From Terracidiphilus sp. (GTDB taxonomy: Bacteria; Acidobacteriota; Terriglobia; Terriglobales; Acidobacteriaceae), in contig JBEKIE010000001.1 in the NCBI GenBank assembly GCA_050011915.1, positions 7,675 to 71,674 of the forward strand: a stretch of 64,000 nt of DNA, read 5' to 3'. The notes under the pieces are model-generated. The model ran no database searches and was not told where the DNA came from. It was given only the letters and a program-made list of their open reading frames with translations. This document shows positions 40,994 through 50,886 of this stretch, in pieces (the first letter of the stretch is position 1; each line of letters opens with the position of its first letter). The translations under genes and the position numbers were made by a program.

Positions 40994-41241
40994 CTCTTAC
41001 CCGCCCAGGCGTCTTCGGTGAACTTCTTAATCTGGGCGATAGTGAATCTGGGTCCGCCCTTCTGTTCCAGGCTGCCGATGAAGTTGTCGATGGAGCCAGT
41101 TTTCGGGGCGGGCGCGACGACGAGCCGGCCGTCGGGCAACTTCTCCACAGCGACCTTCTGGCCGGGGCTGACATTGAGATGCCGCAGCAACTCCTGCTTT
41201 AGCGTGATCTGGCCTTTTGCGGTAATGGTGAGTGTGGCCAT
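40990..41241 (-). CDS. AbrB/MazE-type antitoxin
   Basis: TITAKGQITL....L.HLN..PGQKV swapped-hairpin motif. AGGAG RBS. Confidence 0.92.
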   Translation of the reverse strand: MATLTITAKGQITLKQELLRHLNVSPGQKVAVEKLPDGRLVVAPAPKTGSIDNFIGSLEQKGGPRFTIAQIKKFTEDAWAGKR

Positions 41242-41263
41242 AAACAAACTCCTACAACTAAAT

Positions 41264-41290
41264 GGTAAGGCAAAAATGCCTTACCGTCAA
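41264..41290 (-). promoter_or_regulatory. TA operator overlapping promoter
   Basis: Perfect inverted repeat GGTAAGGCA-AAAA-TGCCTTACC (41264-41285) next to a minus-strand TTGACG. Confidence 0.85.
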
Positions 41291-41296
41291 ATTGCA

Positions 41297-42109
41297 TCAT
41301 GATGGTTTCGAGATTGCTCGTCGCTTTTCAAAATAGCTTATGCTGTTAGCTATCCCAGTCTGAATTCTTTCCTCATCGATAAGGCGGCATGGAAGCCTTT
41401 TCTTCAAATCGGCGTAGATTTCGAGAGCCTCTGGGACGCGACCTTGCCAGACGCGGCATTCCGCCATGTACTGTCGTGCGAGTGTTGCCAAGTCATCGTC
41501 TGTCCAACGCAAGACTTCGGAAGCGGCTCGGAATGCTTCTTCAAAGCGGTCAAGTCCAAGAAGGCAATTTGCTCGGTTGATCTGAATGCTGGGCTCAACC
41601 CAACCGAAAACGCGGCGTTCGTCTTCGTTCCGGGCGCTTTCGGATGAGGGATAGAGAGCATGCGCATTGTCGAGCCATTCAAGAGCATCGGTCGCGCGGC
41701 GCAAGCGAACAAGCGCCTCTCCCATAAAAAGAAGGAGTTGGTATTTTGGAATGCGGCAGTCCTCGCGCTCGAACTCCCGAGCATCGACAATCATATCGAG
41801 TATAGCCAGCGCATTTGCAGGTCTTCCGAGCTGCTCCTCCGCGTGGGCTCGATTCATGCTCGCAATGGCTTTGCAAAAGCTCGGATCGGGCATTTCACCC
41901 AGCTCGTCCATCGCTTGGTTGAACAAATCGTTACGCTCCAAAAACGCTGCGCAACTTGCTACGTTCCACAGTAGCCGCATCCGCCCTCCACAGTCTTCTG
42001 TGCGCTCCAGCATTGACTGCGACGCTGCGAGAGAGTCCTGATAGGCGCCCTTTGATCGGAGCACTTCAACCGCTTCAATTTCCTCTTCGGAGATCGTACC
42101 GTTAGACAT
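41297..42109 (-). CDS. TPR-repeat hypothetical protein
   Basis: TPR-like helical repeats (NRANCLLGLDRFEEA, MAECRVWQGRVPEALEIY). AT-richer codons. Confidence 0.75.
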   Translation of the reverse strand: MSNGTISEEEIEAVEVLRSKGAYQDSLAASQSMLERTEDCGGRMRLLWNVASCAAFLERNDLFNQAMDELGEMPDPSFCKAIASMNRAHAEEQLGRPANALAILDMIVDAREFEREDCRIPKYQLLLFMGEALVRLRRATDALEWLDNAHALYPSSESARNEDERRVFGWVEPSIQINRANCLLGLDRFEEAFRAASEVLRWTDDDLATLARQYMAECRVWQGRVPEALEIYADLKKRLPCRLIDEERIQTGIANSISYFEKRRAISKPS

Positions 42110-42156
42110 AGCAGCCCCAATATACAGCGAGGGGCAGAGAATGCGAATCTTCGCCG

Positions 42157-42987
42157 TTATAGCTTCCCATCCAGCCACCCGCCCAGCTTTTCCACCGGCA
42201 TCCGGATCCCGAGATAGAATTGCCCGAACAGCGCATACACCGCGCTCACTTCGTCGAAGCGCATCTCGTAAATCAGCTTTTTGAAGACCACGGGATCGTC
42301 GGCGAACAGGTCGACGCCCCACTCCCAATCGTCCATCCCAATCGATCCGGAGATGATTTGCTTCACCTGGTCTGCGTAGCGGCGGCCGATCATTCCGTGC
42401 TCGTGCATCATGCGCTGGCGCTCGGTAAACGGCACGGTGTACCAGTTCACCTGCTCGCCCCGCTTGCGGTCCATGGGATAAAAGCAGAGAAATTTGCTGT
42501 CGGGAACGGCGGGATACAGCCGCGGCTTCATCGCATCCGCGCCGCGCGCAAGCGAGTTCGCGATCTCGGCGTTCCACTCCGCTGAAAACGCTTCAAATCC
42601 CTTCGCGGACGCTGCCTCATAGGTTTTGCGGCTCGATTCGTACAGGCCTAGCTCGATGACCGACACGTACGAGTGCGTGGGCGTGAGGAAGTCAAAGAGC
42701 GCGGTCTGCGCCAAGTCCAGCTCCACCTGGTTCAGCGCATCGAACGATTCGCGAAAGTGCACCAAGATCAGATCGCCCTTGTGGCCGAGCTGCGAAAAGA
42801 GAGCGGAGTGCACCGGCGCGTCCGGCGTTGCGCGCTCCATTTTGCCCAGCGCCGCGACCGCCTCGTCGACAATCTTCTTGCGCTCGCTGTCCGCGCAGGA
42901 CCGCCAGGATTTCCAGTCGAAGCGGAAGAACTGATGAAGCGCACTCGAGCCTTCCAAAGTAAGCGGTACGGGCGGGAATTCGGGCAA
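42157..42987 (-). CDS. chdC: Coproheme decarboxylase (HemQ; chlorite dismutase family)
   Basis: CFYPMDRKR, NWY, MHEHGMIGR, GMDDWEWGV, YEMRFDEVSA. TTG start after AGGAGG. Confidence 0.92.
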   Translation of the reverse strand: MPEFPPVPLTLEGSSALHQFFRFDWKSWRSCADSERKKIVDEAVAALGKMERATPDAPVHSALFSQLGHKGDLILVHFRESFDALNQVELDLAQTALFDFLTPTHSYVSVIELGLYESSRKTYEAASAKGFEAFSAEWNAEIANSLARGADAMKPRLYPAVPDSKFLCFYPMDRKRGEQVNWYTVPFTERQRMMHEHGMIGRRYADQVKQIISGSIGMDDWEWGVDLFADDPVVFKKLIYEMRFDEVSAVYALFGQFYLGIRMPVEKLGGWLDGKL

Positions 42988-43003
42988 TAGAACCTCCTAA
43001 GAA

Positions 43004-43037
43004 CAGCTTTCAGCTTCTAGCTCCTAGCTTCTAGCTT
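43004..43037. repeat. Tandem heptamer array (AGCTTTC AGCTTCT AGCTCCT AGCTTCT AGCTT)
   Basis: Direct reading of the chdC upstream region. Same unit as 10011-10150. Confidence 0.75.
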
Positions 43038-43210
43038 ATCGTGCGGGTGGTGCAGGCATCTGTTATTGGAAAGAAATGCGCCACGGACTGCATTCATCGC
43101 ACCTCATCCTAACAAATGAGAAATGCAGACGTGTGCATGCTTCTTTTCTCGGCTCACCGCCGCGCGCACCCCGCAACAGCACGCAAGTGGCCTTTATACT
43201 GGGTACGCTC

Positions 43211-43858
43211 ATGAGCGAAAAGATCGTCGCACTCGTATTTCAATTTGTCATTCATGTCATCAACGCGGGGGGGTACGCCGGCATCGCCGGGCTCATCACG
43301 TTGAACTCCTGCGGCATTCCCATTCCCTCTGAGATCATCATGCCGTTCTCTGGATATCTCGCGTACATGGGGCGCTTCAATCTGCTTCTGGCGGCGACGG
43401 CGGGCGCGGTGGGCTGCAATGTGGGCTCGGCGATTGCGTATTGGATCGGCGCCAAGGGCGGGGGACCGCTGGTAGCGCGTTACGGCAAATGGGTGTTGAT
43501 GAACTCTCACGATCTCGATCTCATGACAAGGTTTTTTGAGAAGTACGGATCGATTGCGATTCTGATGGGACGAATGTTGCCGCTGGTGCAAACCTATGTT
43601 GCCTTTCCCGCGGGGATCGGCAAAATGCCGCGGCTGCGCTTTCACATTTACACGACTGTAGGATCTTTCATCTGGTATTTCTGCCTGGCATGGATTGGCA
43701 TGAAGCTGGGCCAGAGCTGGAACACCGATCCCCGCCTGCAGGAGGCGTTTCATCGCTTCCATCTGGCGGTCGAGCTGGCAATCTTTGCGTTCGCTGTGTG
43801 GTTCCTGTGGGTTCACATCAAACGGTGGAAGGGACAGGGAGCAGTGAGCACTCAATAG
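43211..43858 (+). CDS. DedA family membrane protein
   Basis: IPIPSEIIMPFSG, YWIGAKGG, GRMLP, PAG..KMP..RF. Confidence 0.93.
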   Translation: MSEKIVALVFQFVIHVINAGGYAGIAGLITLNSCGIPIPSEIIMPFSGYLAYMGRFNLLLAATAGAVGCNVGSAIAYWIGAKGGGPLVARYGKWVLMNSHDLDLMTRFFEKYGSIAILMGRMLPLVQTYVAFPAGIGKMPRLRFHIYTTVGSFIWYFCLAWIGMKLGQSWNTDPRLQEAFHRFHLAVELAIFAFAVWFLWVHIKRWKGQGAVSTQ

Positions 43859-43931
43859 GGAGTAGGCAAGCGGAGTTTCAGGTGGTACGAACAATCGAAA
43901 TCATTTTCGTAACAGAAGAACAGGAGAAGCG

Positions 43932-45314
43932 ATGGCATCGAAGGGAAAAGGCGGCAAAAAGGCTGTGGTTCGTGCGGGCGCTGCGCCCTTGGCACGGAAG
44001 GCCGCCGCATCAAAAGTTGAGCCAACCAAAGGCAAATTGGGTGTGATGGTGGTGGGCCTGGGGGCCGTCGCCACCACGATGATTGCCGGCGTGGAAGCCG
44101 TTCGCCGCGGATTGGCCAAGCCGATCGGTTCGCTCACCCAGATGGGCACCATCCGGCTGGGCAAGCGCACGGACAATTCCTCGCCACTGATCAAGGATTT
44201 TGTTCCGCTCGCCGATTTGAATGACATCGTCTTCGCCGGCTGGGACATCTTTGAAGACAACGTGTACGAAGCGGCCGCGCACGCAGCCGTGCTGAAGCCC
44301 GAGATGCTCAAGCAGCTCAAGCCCTATCTCGAAAAGATCAAGCCCATGCCCGCCGTCTTCGACAGTTATTACGTCAAGCGGCTGCATGGCACACACGTGA
44401 AGAAGGGCAAAAACAAGCGCGATCTCGCCGAGCAGGTGCGCGCCGACATTCGCGCCTTTAGAAAGAAGGTCGATCGCGTCGTCATGATCTGGGCCGCCTC
44501 GACCGAGATTTTCCTCCAGCCGAAGCCGGTGCATCGCAGCATCGAGGCATTCGAAGCTGGATTGGCAAACAACGATCGCGCCATCGCTCCCTCGCAGATA
44601 TACGCCTACGCAGCGCTCAAAGAAGGCGTGCCCTTCGCTAATGGCGCGCCGAATCTTACAGTCGATCTTCCCGTCATGATCGAACTCTCGAAGAAAAACG
44701 CCGCGCCCATTTGCGGCAAGGACTTCAAGACCGGCCAGACCTTCATGAAGACAGTGTTGGCGCCGGCCTTCAAGGCGCGCATGATCGGCGTCAGCGGATG
44801 GTTCTCCACCAACATCCTCGGCAATCGGGATGGTGAGGTGCTGGACGAGCCGCAATCCTTCAAGACCAAGGAGGAGTCGAAGCTCGGCTCGCTCGAATAC
44901 ATCTTCCAGCCCGAGTTGTATCCGGATCTTTACAGCGACATCTACCACAAGATTCGCATCAACTACTATCCACCGCGCGGGGACGAGAAAGAGGCGTGGG
45001 ACAATATCGACATCTTCGGCTGGCTGGGCTACCCCATGCAGTTGAAGGTGAACTTCCTGTGCCGCGACTCGATATTGGCCGCGCCCATTGCGCTCGACCT
45101 CGTGCTCTTTCTCGATCTCGCCAAGCGCGCGCCGGAGCTGCGCTCCATCGGCATTCAGGAGTGGCTCAGCTTCTACCTCAAGTCGCCGCAGACCCCGCCC
45201 GGGCTCTACCCCGAGCACGATCTGTTCATTCAGTCGATGAAGCTCAAGAACACGCTGCGTCACATTATGGGCGCGGATCTTGTAACGCACCTTGGGCTTG
45301 ATTATTACGACTGA
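43932..45314 (+). CDS. ino1: Myo-inositol-1-phosphate synthase
   Basis: GLGAV, DFKTGQT, NILGNRDG, DEKEAWD, CRDSILAAP, FYLKSP. Confidence 0.95.
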   Translation: MASKGKGGKKAVVRAGAAPLARKAAASKVEPTKGKLGVMVVGLGAVATTMIAGVEAVRRGLAKPIGSLTQMGTIRLGKRTDNSSPLIKDFVPLADLNDIVFAGWDIFEDNVYEAAAHAAVLKPEMLKQLKPYLEKIKPMPAVFDSYYVKRLHGTHVKKGKNKRDLAEQVRADIRAFRKKVDRVVMIWAASTEIFLQPKPVHRSIEAFEAGLANNDRAIAPSQIYAYAALKEGVPFANGAPNLTVDLPVMIELSKKNAAPICGKDFKTGQTFMKTVLAPAFKARMIGVSGWFSTNILGNRDGEVLDEPQSFKTKEESKLGSLEYIFQPELYPDLYSDIYHKIRINYYPPRGDEKEAWDNIDIFGWLGYPMQLKVNFLCRDSILAAPIALDLVLFLDLAKRAPELRSIGIQEWLSFYLKSPQTPPGLYPEHDLFIQSMKLKNTLRHIMGADLVTHLGLDYYD

Positions 45315-45381
45315 ATGAAAGAAGCGAGCCGGCAATCTTGTTGACAGCGCGCCCATCCTGATCGAGAGGCAAGAAATCACC

Positions 45382-45417
45382 AATGGCGGGGCCGCACTTG
45401 CGGCCCCGCGTCATTTT
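45382..45417 (+). terminator. Probable intrinsic terminator after ino1
   Basis: GCGGGGCCGC-ACTT-GCGGCCCCGC followed by GTCATTTT. Confidence 0.65.
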
Positions 45418-45446
45418 GCGCGGCCAATGTCGTAATCTGAAAGAGC

Positions 45447-46295
45447 ATGAAAGATTCAGCCGTTCTGTTGATCGATTGTCCCGATCGCAAGGGCCTTGTG
45501 GCGCGCGTGTCGGGACTGCTCTTCGAGCGTGGCGCGAACATTTTGCACGCCGACCAGCACATCGACCGCGACCTCGGTCTCTTCTTCATGCGCGTGGAGT
45601 TTGAACTCGATGGCTTCGACCTCGATGGTTTTCGTGCCGCCTTTGCCGCCATCGCCCAAGAGTTGAACATGACGTGGAAGCTCACCTCAAGCGCGCGCAA
45701 GCCGCGGGTCGCGCTCTTCTGCTCGCAGTATCTACATTGCATGGCCGATCTGCTGCAGCGCTGGCGCAGCGGCGAGCTGGTCTGCGAAATTCCCCTTATC
45801 GTTTCGAACCACCGCGAGGTGGAGAATTTAGCCGCATTTTACGGGGTGCCGTTTGAGCACGTCCCGGTCACGGCTGAAACCCGCGCTGCGGCCGAAGCCC
45901 GGCAGCTCGAGCTGCTCGAGCGCAGCGGCATTGAGTTGATTATCCTGGCCCGCTACATGCAAATCCTCTCGCCAGCATTCGTGTCGCGCTATCCGGCCTC
46001 GATCATCAACGTGCACCACTCTTTTTTGCCGGCATTTACCGGAGCCCGGCCTTATCACGCGGCCCATGCGCGCGGCGTCAAGCTCATCGGGGCCACGAGC
46101 CACTACGTGACCGAGGTGCTGGACGACGGGCCGATCATCGAGCAGGACGTGGCGCGCATCTCGCACCGCGACCAGGTGGAAGACCTCGTTGCTCGTGGCA
46201 GGGATCTGGAGCGCATGGTGCTCTCCCGGGCTGTCCGCTGGCACCTCGACCGGCGCATCCTGTGCTACGGGAACAAAACGGTCGTGTTTGACTGA
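45447..46295 (+). CDS. purU: Formyltetrahydrofolate deformylase
   Basis: ACT domain CPDRKGLV, LARYMQIL, INVHHSFLPAF, RGVKLIGAT. Confidence 0.97.
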   Translation: MKDSAVLLIDCPDRKGLVARVSGLLFERGANILHADQHIDRDLGLFFMRVEFELDGFDLDGFRAAFAAIAQELNMTWKLTSSARKPRVALFCSQYLHCMADLLQRWRSGELVCEIPLIVSNHREVENLAAFYGVPFEHVPVTAETRAAAEARQLELLERSGIELIILARYMQILSPAFVSRYPASIINVHHSFLPAFTGARPYHAAHARGVKLIGATSHYVTEVLDDGPIIEQDVARISHRDQVEDLVARGRDLERMVLSRAVRWHLDRRILCYGNKTVVFD

Positions 46296-46329
46296 GACAG
46301 AGAATGAGGGAGCAAGGGAGCGGTGCCGT

Positions 46330-46737
46330 ATGCGTGAATCTGCTGAAACTGCGGCGCGGGCGTTTGTCGATGCCATCAACCGGCAGGATACAGAGGCACT
46401 TTGCGCGCTGATGACGCCGGGGCACCGGTTCATCGACCCGTTGGGGCAGGTGATGGAAGGCCGCGAGAGAATGCGGGCGGCGTGGAAAGGGTATTTTGGA
46501 ATGGTTCCCGACTACACGCTTGCGATAGAGGAAGTGCATGGGGACGGGGTGGTGGTGGTGATGCTGGGCGACGCAGGTGGAACCTACGCTCCGGGCGGCA
46601 AAATGCTGCCCGAGAATCGCTGGAAGACGCCTGTCGCGCTCCGGGCGCGTGTGGAGGATGGGAAGGTTGCCGAGTGGCGGGTGTACGCCGACAATGAGCC
46701 CATGCGGCGGCTGATGGGGATTGCAGCGCGAGAATAG
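46330..46737 (+). CDS. SnoaL/NTF2-like protein
   Basis: FVDAINRQD, GRE....W..YF..VPDY, DGKVAEWRVYAD. Confidence 0.85.
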   Translation: MRESAETAARAFVDAINRQDTEALCALMTPGHRFIDPLGQVMEGRERMRAAWKGYFGMVPDYTLAIEEVHGDGVVVVMLGDAGGTYAPGGKMLPENRWKTPVALRARVEDGKVAEWRVYADNEPMRRLMGIAARE

Positions 46738-46831
46738 GCGCGCATAAGATCAATTGAATCTATCAAATACAGAATAATTGTTAAAAATCTCTGTGCGGGG
46801 CTTGTTTTTGTCGAGTTGTTTGGGTTAATTT

Positions 46832-46845
46832 ACTAACTAGTTAGT
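46832..46845. promoter_or_regulatory. TetR operator candidate
   Basis: Perfect 14-bp palindrome ACTAACTAGTTAGT 5 nt before the TetR ATG. Confidence 0.8.
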
Positions 46846-46850
46846 TAAAT

Positions 46851-47579
46851 ATGACCACGACACACCAATCCGAGACCCAGGCCGACCGTTCCGCCGAAAC
46901 GCGCAGCCGCATCCTTGATGCTGCGCTCACCGAGTTTGCCGCCCACGGCCTGGCCGGGGCGCGCACGGAGCCGATTGCCGCCGCTGCCGGCGTCAACAAG
47001 GCGCTGCTTTACTACTACTTCGAGAGCAAAGAGAAGCTCTACGCTGCCACTCTCGAAATGGTCTCGGCACGGGTGCGCGATAGCTCGATGGCGGTGTTTC
47101 TCCGCGAAGCCAGCCCCGGAGAGCGATTGATGCGAGGGGCGCTGAATCACTTTGACCGGATATTGACGCAGCGCGAGTTTCAAAGCCTGATGCAGCAGGA
47201 GATGATCCGGCTGCACAAGGGTGAGACCGGCGAGTTGCCTATTCTGGCCAAGCGCATCTTCGCGCCGCTGCACGCGATGTTTCAGTCCATGGTGCGCGAA
47301 GGCATCGCCTCGGGCGAGCTGATTGACGTCGAGTGGCTGCAGATTCTGCTGGCGGCGCTGGGCGGAAACGTCTTTTACTTCCTCAGCGCGCCGGTGTGGC
47401 GGCTGATCATGCCCTTCGAGCCCTTCGACACAGAGGTACTGCGGGCGCGAAGAGTGGCGCTGGTGGAGTTTTTGGGCCAGGCGCTTTTTCTGGATAGGAA
47501 GCGTGGCGCGGAGCTGGCGGCAAAGGTGCTGGCCGATACGCCGATGCCGGAGACAAGCGAATTTAAGGATTTGAGGTGA
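46851..47579 (+). CDS. TetR/AcrR family regulator
   Basis: ILDAA..EFA.HG......IA..AGVNKALLYYYFESKEKL. Confidence 0.95.
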   Translation: MTTTHQSETQADRSAETRSRILDAALTEFAAHGLAGARTEPIAAAAGVNKALLYYYFESKEKLYAATLEMVSARVRDSSMAVFLREASPGERLMRGALNHFDRILTQREFQSLMQQEMIRLHKGETGELPILAKRIFAPLHAMFQSMVREGIASGELIDVEWLQILLAALGGNVFYFLSAPVWRLIMPFEPFDTEVLRARRVALVEFLGQALFLDRKRGAELAAKVLADTPMPETSEFKDLR

Positions 47580-47586
47580 TGGGCGA

Positions 47587-48651
47587 GTGAGCGCGCGAAA
47601 TCGAGTTTTCATGATTCTGGGAGTGCTGCTGGTGGGATCGTTGATCTGGTATCTCACTACCACGCGGCATACGAGCGATTTGCAACTGATCGGGACCGTG
47701 GATGCGAACGAAGTCATTGTCAGCTCCAGAATCCCGGGGCGCATTCAGACGCTGACCGTTGAAGAGGGTCAGGATGTGACCCAGGGCGAACTGATCGCCG
47801 TGATTGAAAGCGAGGACCTGCAGGCGGCGCTGAAGGCCGCCGAGGCCACTGCGGATAGCCAGCGCTCGAAGCTGAGCAGCACCGAGGACACGGAGCAGCA
47901 GAACCGCGGCGAAACCTCCAGCGCAGTAGTCAGCGCCGAGGCGCAGGTGAAGTCGGCTCAAGCCGCTCTGGCACAGGCGCAGGCGCAGTATGAGCATCAA
48001 CAGGCCGATACCAGCCGCGCCGTGGCTCTGGCGCAGCAGGGAATTGACAGCACGCAGACACGCGATGAGATGGTGACGGCGCTTGCGGCAGCGAAGGCCG
48101 CAGTGGACGCGGCGCGCGAGAATCTTGCCGCGGCGCAGGCCAATCTTCGCCAGGCACACGCCCACGAATTGCTAACCGACGCTTCGGCGCGCACGGTGGA
48201 CCAGACACGCTCCGACGAGGCCAATGCCCGCGCCCTGGCGCAAGAGGCAAAGGTGGAAGAAGGATACTCGCAGATCGTGTCGCCGATCAACGGCAAGGTA
48301 GATGTTTGGGCTGCGCGGCAGGGCGAAGTGGTTTCCGCGGGCACGCCCATTGTCACCATCATGGACCTGACGCAAACCTGGGTTTACGCGCCACTGCCTG
48401 AAACGCAGGCCGACGCCGTGAAGTTGGGCGATAGTCTGCGCGTCGTTATGCCCAGCGGCGCCACCATTTGGGGCTACGTGATTGCCAAATCGGCCGAAGG
48501 CGATTTCGCCACGCAACGCGATGTGAACAGCATGAAGCGAGACATCAAGACCATGCAGTTGAAGCTGCTCATTCCCAATCCCGGGGAGAAGTTTGTGCCC
48601 GGCATGACGGCCGAGGTCTATATCCCGAAGGCAAAGTTGGTGAAGCAGTGA
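47587..48651 (+). CDS. HlyD family membrane fusion protein (YbhG-like)
   Basis: N-terminal TM, lipoyl half-motifs (PGRI...VEEG, SPINGKV), coiled coil, PGMTAEV. Confidence 0.93.
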   Translation: MSARNRVFMILGVLLVGSLIWYLTTTRHTSDLQLIGTVDANEVIVSSRIPGRIQTLTVEEGQDVTQGELIAVIESEDLQAALKAAEATADSQRSKLSSTEDTEQQNRGETSSAVVSAEAQVKSAQAALAQAQAQYEHQQADTSRAVALAQQGIDSTQTRDEMVTALAAAKAAVDAARENLAAAQANLRQAHAHELLTDASARTVDQTRSDEANARALAQEAKVEEGYSQIVSPINGKVDVWAARQGEVVSAGTPIVTIMDLTQTWVYAPLPETQADAVKLGDSLRVVMPSGATIWGYVIAKSAEGDFATQRDVNSMKRDIKTMQLKLLIPNPGEKFVPGMTAEVYIPKAKLVKQ

Positions 48652-49691
48652 GCGCGCCCAGCAACGGCCTGCCGGCAAACGGCAACGGCGCGCCGCGCCC
48701 CGTTGCGATTGCGGTGGAGCACATTTGGAAGCGCTACGGCGATTTTGAGGCCGTCAAGGACGTGAACTTCAGCGTGACCGAGGGAGAAATCTTCGGATTA
48801 CTGGGCCCGAACGGAGCCGGCAAAAGCACCCTCATTCGTATGATGACCACGCTTATCCCCGTTACCGCGGGCAAAGCCATTGTGGGCGGCCACGACGTGA
48901 GTAAGGATCCGGACGACGTGCGGCGCACCATCGGCGTCATTCCCCAGGCGCTCACCAGCGACCAGGATCTGACGGTCGAAGAGAACCTGTCGATCTACGC
49001 CAAACTCTACGGCGTGCCGCGCGGAACCCGCGAGAAAAATATCGCCGAGGTACTCGAAGCCGTCGACCTGACGGAATGGCGCGATGCGCAGACCAAAACG
49101 CTATCCGGCGGCATGCGGCGACGGCTCGAAATCGCGCGCGGCCTGGTGCACAATCCGCGCATCTTTTTTCTCGACGAGCCCACCACGGGCCTCGATCCCG
49201 TCTCGCGCATCGCGGTATGGGAGATGCTCAACAAGCTCAAAGCCACGCGCAACCTCACCATGCTCATCACCACGCATTACATGGATGAGGCCGACAAGCT
49301 CTGCGATCGCATCGCCATTGTGGACCACGGCAAGCTGGTGGCGCTGGGCACGCCGGTGGAGCTGAAGAACAGTGTCTCCGGCGCGAACGTGGTGGAAGTG
49401 CATTTTGATCGCGACGACGACCAGTGGCCGGGGCGCCTGGAAAAGATGGAGGGCGTGACCAGCGTTCAGCCTGAGGGCTCCGGTTTCTACCGCGTCATCA
49501 CCAAGTCGGGATCGAAGACCACCATGGAAATTGTGGAGCTGGCGGCCAGTCTCGGCGAAACGCTCACCTCGCTCAGCGTGCAAAACACCACGCTCGACGA
49601 TGTATTCATTCATTACACCGGACGGCAACTGCGCGACGAGCAGGTGAAACCGGTATTTACGATGCCGCCGCGGCCGGGAGCGCGCCCATGA
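48648..49691 (+). CDS. ABC transporter ATP-binding protein (DrrA-like)
   Basis: GPNGAGKST, LSGGMRRR, LDEPTTGLDP, TTHYMDEA. Confidence 0.95.
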   Translation: MSAPSNGLPANGNGAPRPVAIAVEHIWKRYGDFEAVKDVNFSVTEGEIFGLLGPNGAGKSTLIRMMTTLIPVTAGKAIVGGHDVSKDPDDVRRTIGVIPQALTSDQDLTVEENLSIYAKLYGVPRGTREKNIAEVLEAVDLTEWRDAQTKTLSGGMRRRLEIARGLVHNPRIFFLDEPTTGLDPVSRIAVWEMLNKLKATRNLTMLITTHYMDEADKLCDRIAIVDHGKLVALGTPVELKNSVSGANVVEVHFDRDDDQWPGRLEKMEGVTSVQPEGSGFYRVITKSGSKTTMEIVELAASLGETLTSLSVQNTTLDDVFIHYTGRQLRDEQVKPVFTMPPRPGARP

Positions 49692-50800
49692 ACCGCATGT
49701 TTGCCATCATCGAGCGCGAAATGCGCAAGTTCTTCCGTTCGCCCACGCTCATGATCATGTCGCTGATGATGCCGATTCTGCAGTTGATCATCATCGGAAA
49801 CGCCTTCGGGGGCAAGATCGTGGGCACGCACGTGGCTGTGGTGGACTACGACCGCGGGCCGCAGGCCGTGAAGGTGCGCGAGGCTTTCAACGCCGTTGCC
49901 GTCAACATCAAGACTTTCTCCACCATTGAGTACCAAAGCGAGGTGCAGGCGCGCGAAGACGTGCGCACCGGCAAGATCGACGCCGCGGTCATCATCCCCG
50001 CGCAATATTCGCGGCGCGTTTACTCGCAGGATGCGCCCAAGCTCGGTTTCGTCGTCGACAACTCCGATCTCTTCACGTCATCGGCCCTCGAAGCCGAAAT
50101 GGGGTCGCTCGTGGACGACCTAAACGCGCCGCAGATTCAGGACCGGCTGGCAAAGACCATTGCGCTCGAAGTCGTCGAGCTTTATCCCTACGTGAATTAT
50201 CTTAAGTATCTTCTGCCGATGACGGTGGCGCTGGCGATGTATATCTCGGTGATGATTGGCGGCGGCATGCTCTACATCGACGATAAGGCGCGCGGCGTGC
50301 ACGAAGGCTACCTGGTGACGCCAATTACGAAGCTGGAGCTGGTCTTCGGGCTGAATATCGCCGGCGCCATTAAGGCGACGCTGAGCGGAATATCGATCGT
50401 GGTCATCGGGTCGCTCATTGCCGGGCTGGGCATTGTCTTTCATCCCATGATCATGATGCAGGCGTTGAGCCTCATCGTCGCCGGCTCCATTGCCTTCAAC
50501 GGCATGATGTTCCTGCTCATGGTGCGAGTCGACGATCCGCTGGTTCCGCGCGCCATGTTTGGCGTGCTCAACGTCCTCCTGTTATATCCCTCGGGCGCCA
50601 TGTATCCCACCTCGTCGTTCCCCAAGTGGATGCAGGCCATTGGCGTGGTCGATCCCTTTACTTACGTGATTCACGGCTTCAAGGAGGTTCTGCTTAAAGA
50701 CGGCGGATGGGTCTCTATTTGGCACGACCTGCTGTTTCTCGTGGTCTTCGGCATCACCACGCTGCTGGTGGCCACGCCGTTGTTCAAGCGCACTTTGTGA
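49688..50800 (+). CDS. ABC-2 type permease
   Basis: One TM, a periplasmic loop, then five TM helices. P.WM...DPFTY motif. Confidence 0.93.
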   Translation: MNRMFAIIEREMRKFFRSPTLMIMSLMMPILQLIIIGNAFGGKIVGTHVAVVDYDRGPQAVKVREAFNAVAVNIKTFSTIEYQSEVQAREDVRTGKIDAAVIIPAQYSRRVYSQDAPKLGFVVDNSDLFTSSALEAEMGSLVDDLNAPQIQDRLAKTIALEVVELYPYVNYLKYLLPMTVALAMYISVMIGGGMLYIDDKARGVHEGYLVTPITKLELVFGLNIAGAIKATLSGISIVVIGSLIAGLGIVFHPMIMMQALSLIVAGSIAFNGMMFLLMVRVDDPLVPRAMFGVLNVLLLYPSGAMYPTSSFPKWMQAIGVVDPFTYVIHGFKEVLLKDGGWVSIWHDLLFLVVFGITTLLVATPLFKRTL

Positions 50801-50886
50801 AGACAGGGAACAGGGGACAGGAAACAGAGCGAGCGTCGCCGGCGGCGCGCTAGTATGATGGGTGCTCCTGTTTTGAGAAGAGTCCC

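Noticed and set aside
42110-42577. N-terminal extension of the TPR ORF, or a frameshift fusion with chdC
   Set aside because: It is an alternative frame of chdC, no slippery site was seen, and ATG 42109 gives a coherent protein.
42157-42987. Chlorite dismutase (perchlorate respiration)
   Set aside because: The YPMxR/K motif, absence of a signal peptide, and proximity to hem genes indicate ChdC.
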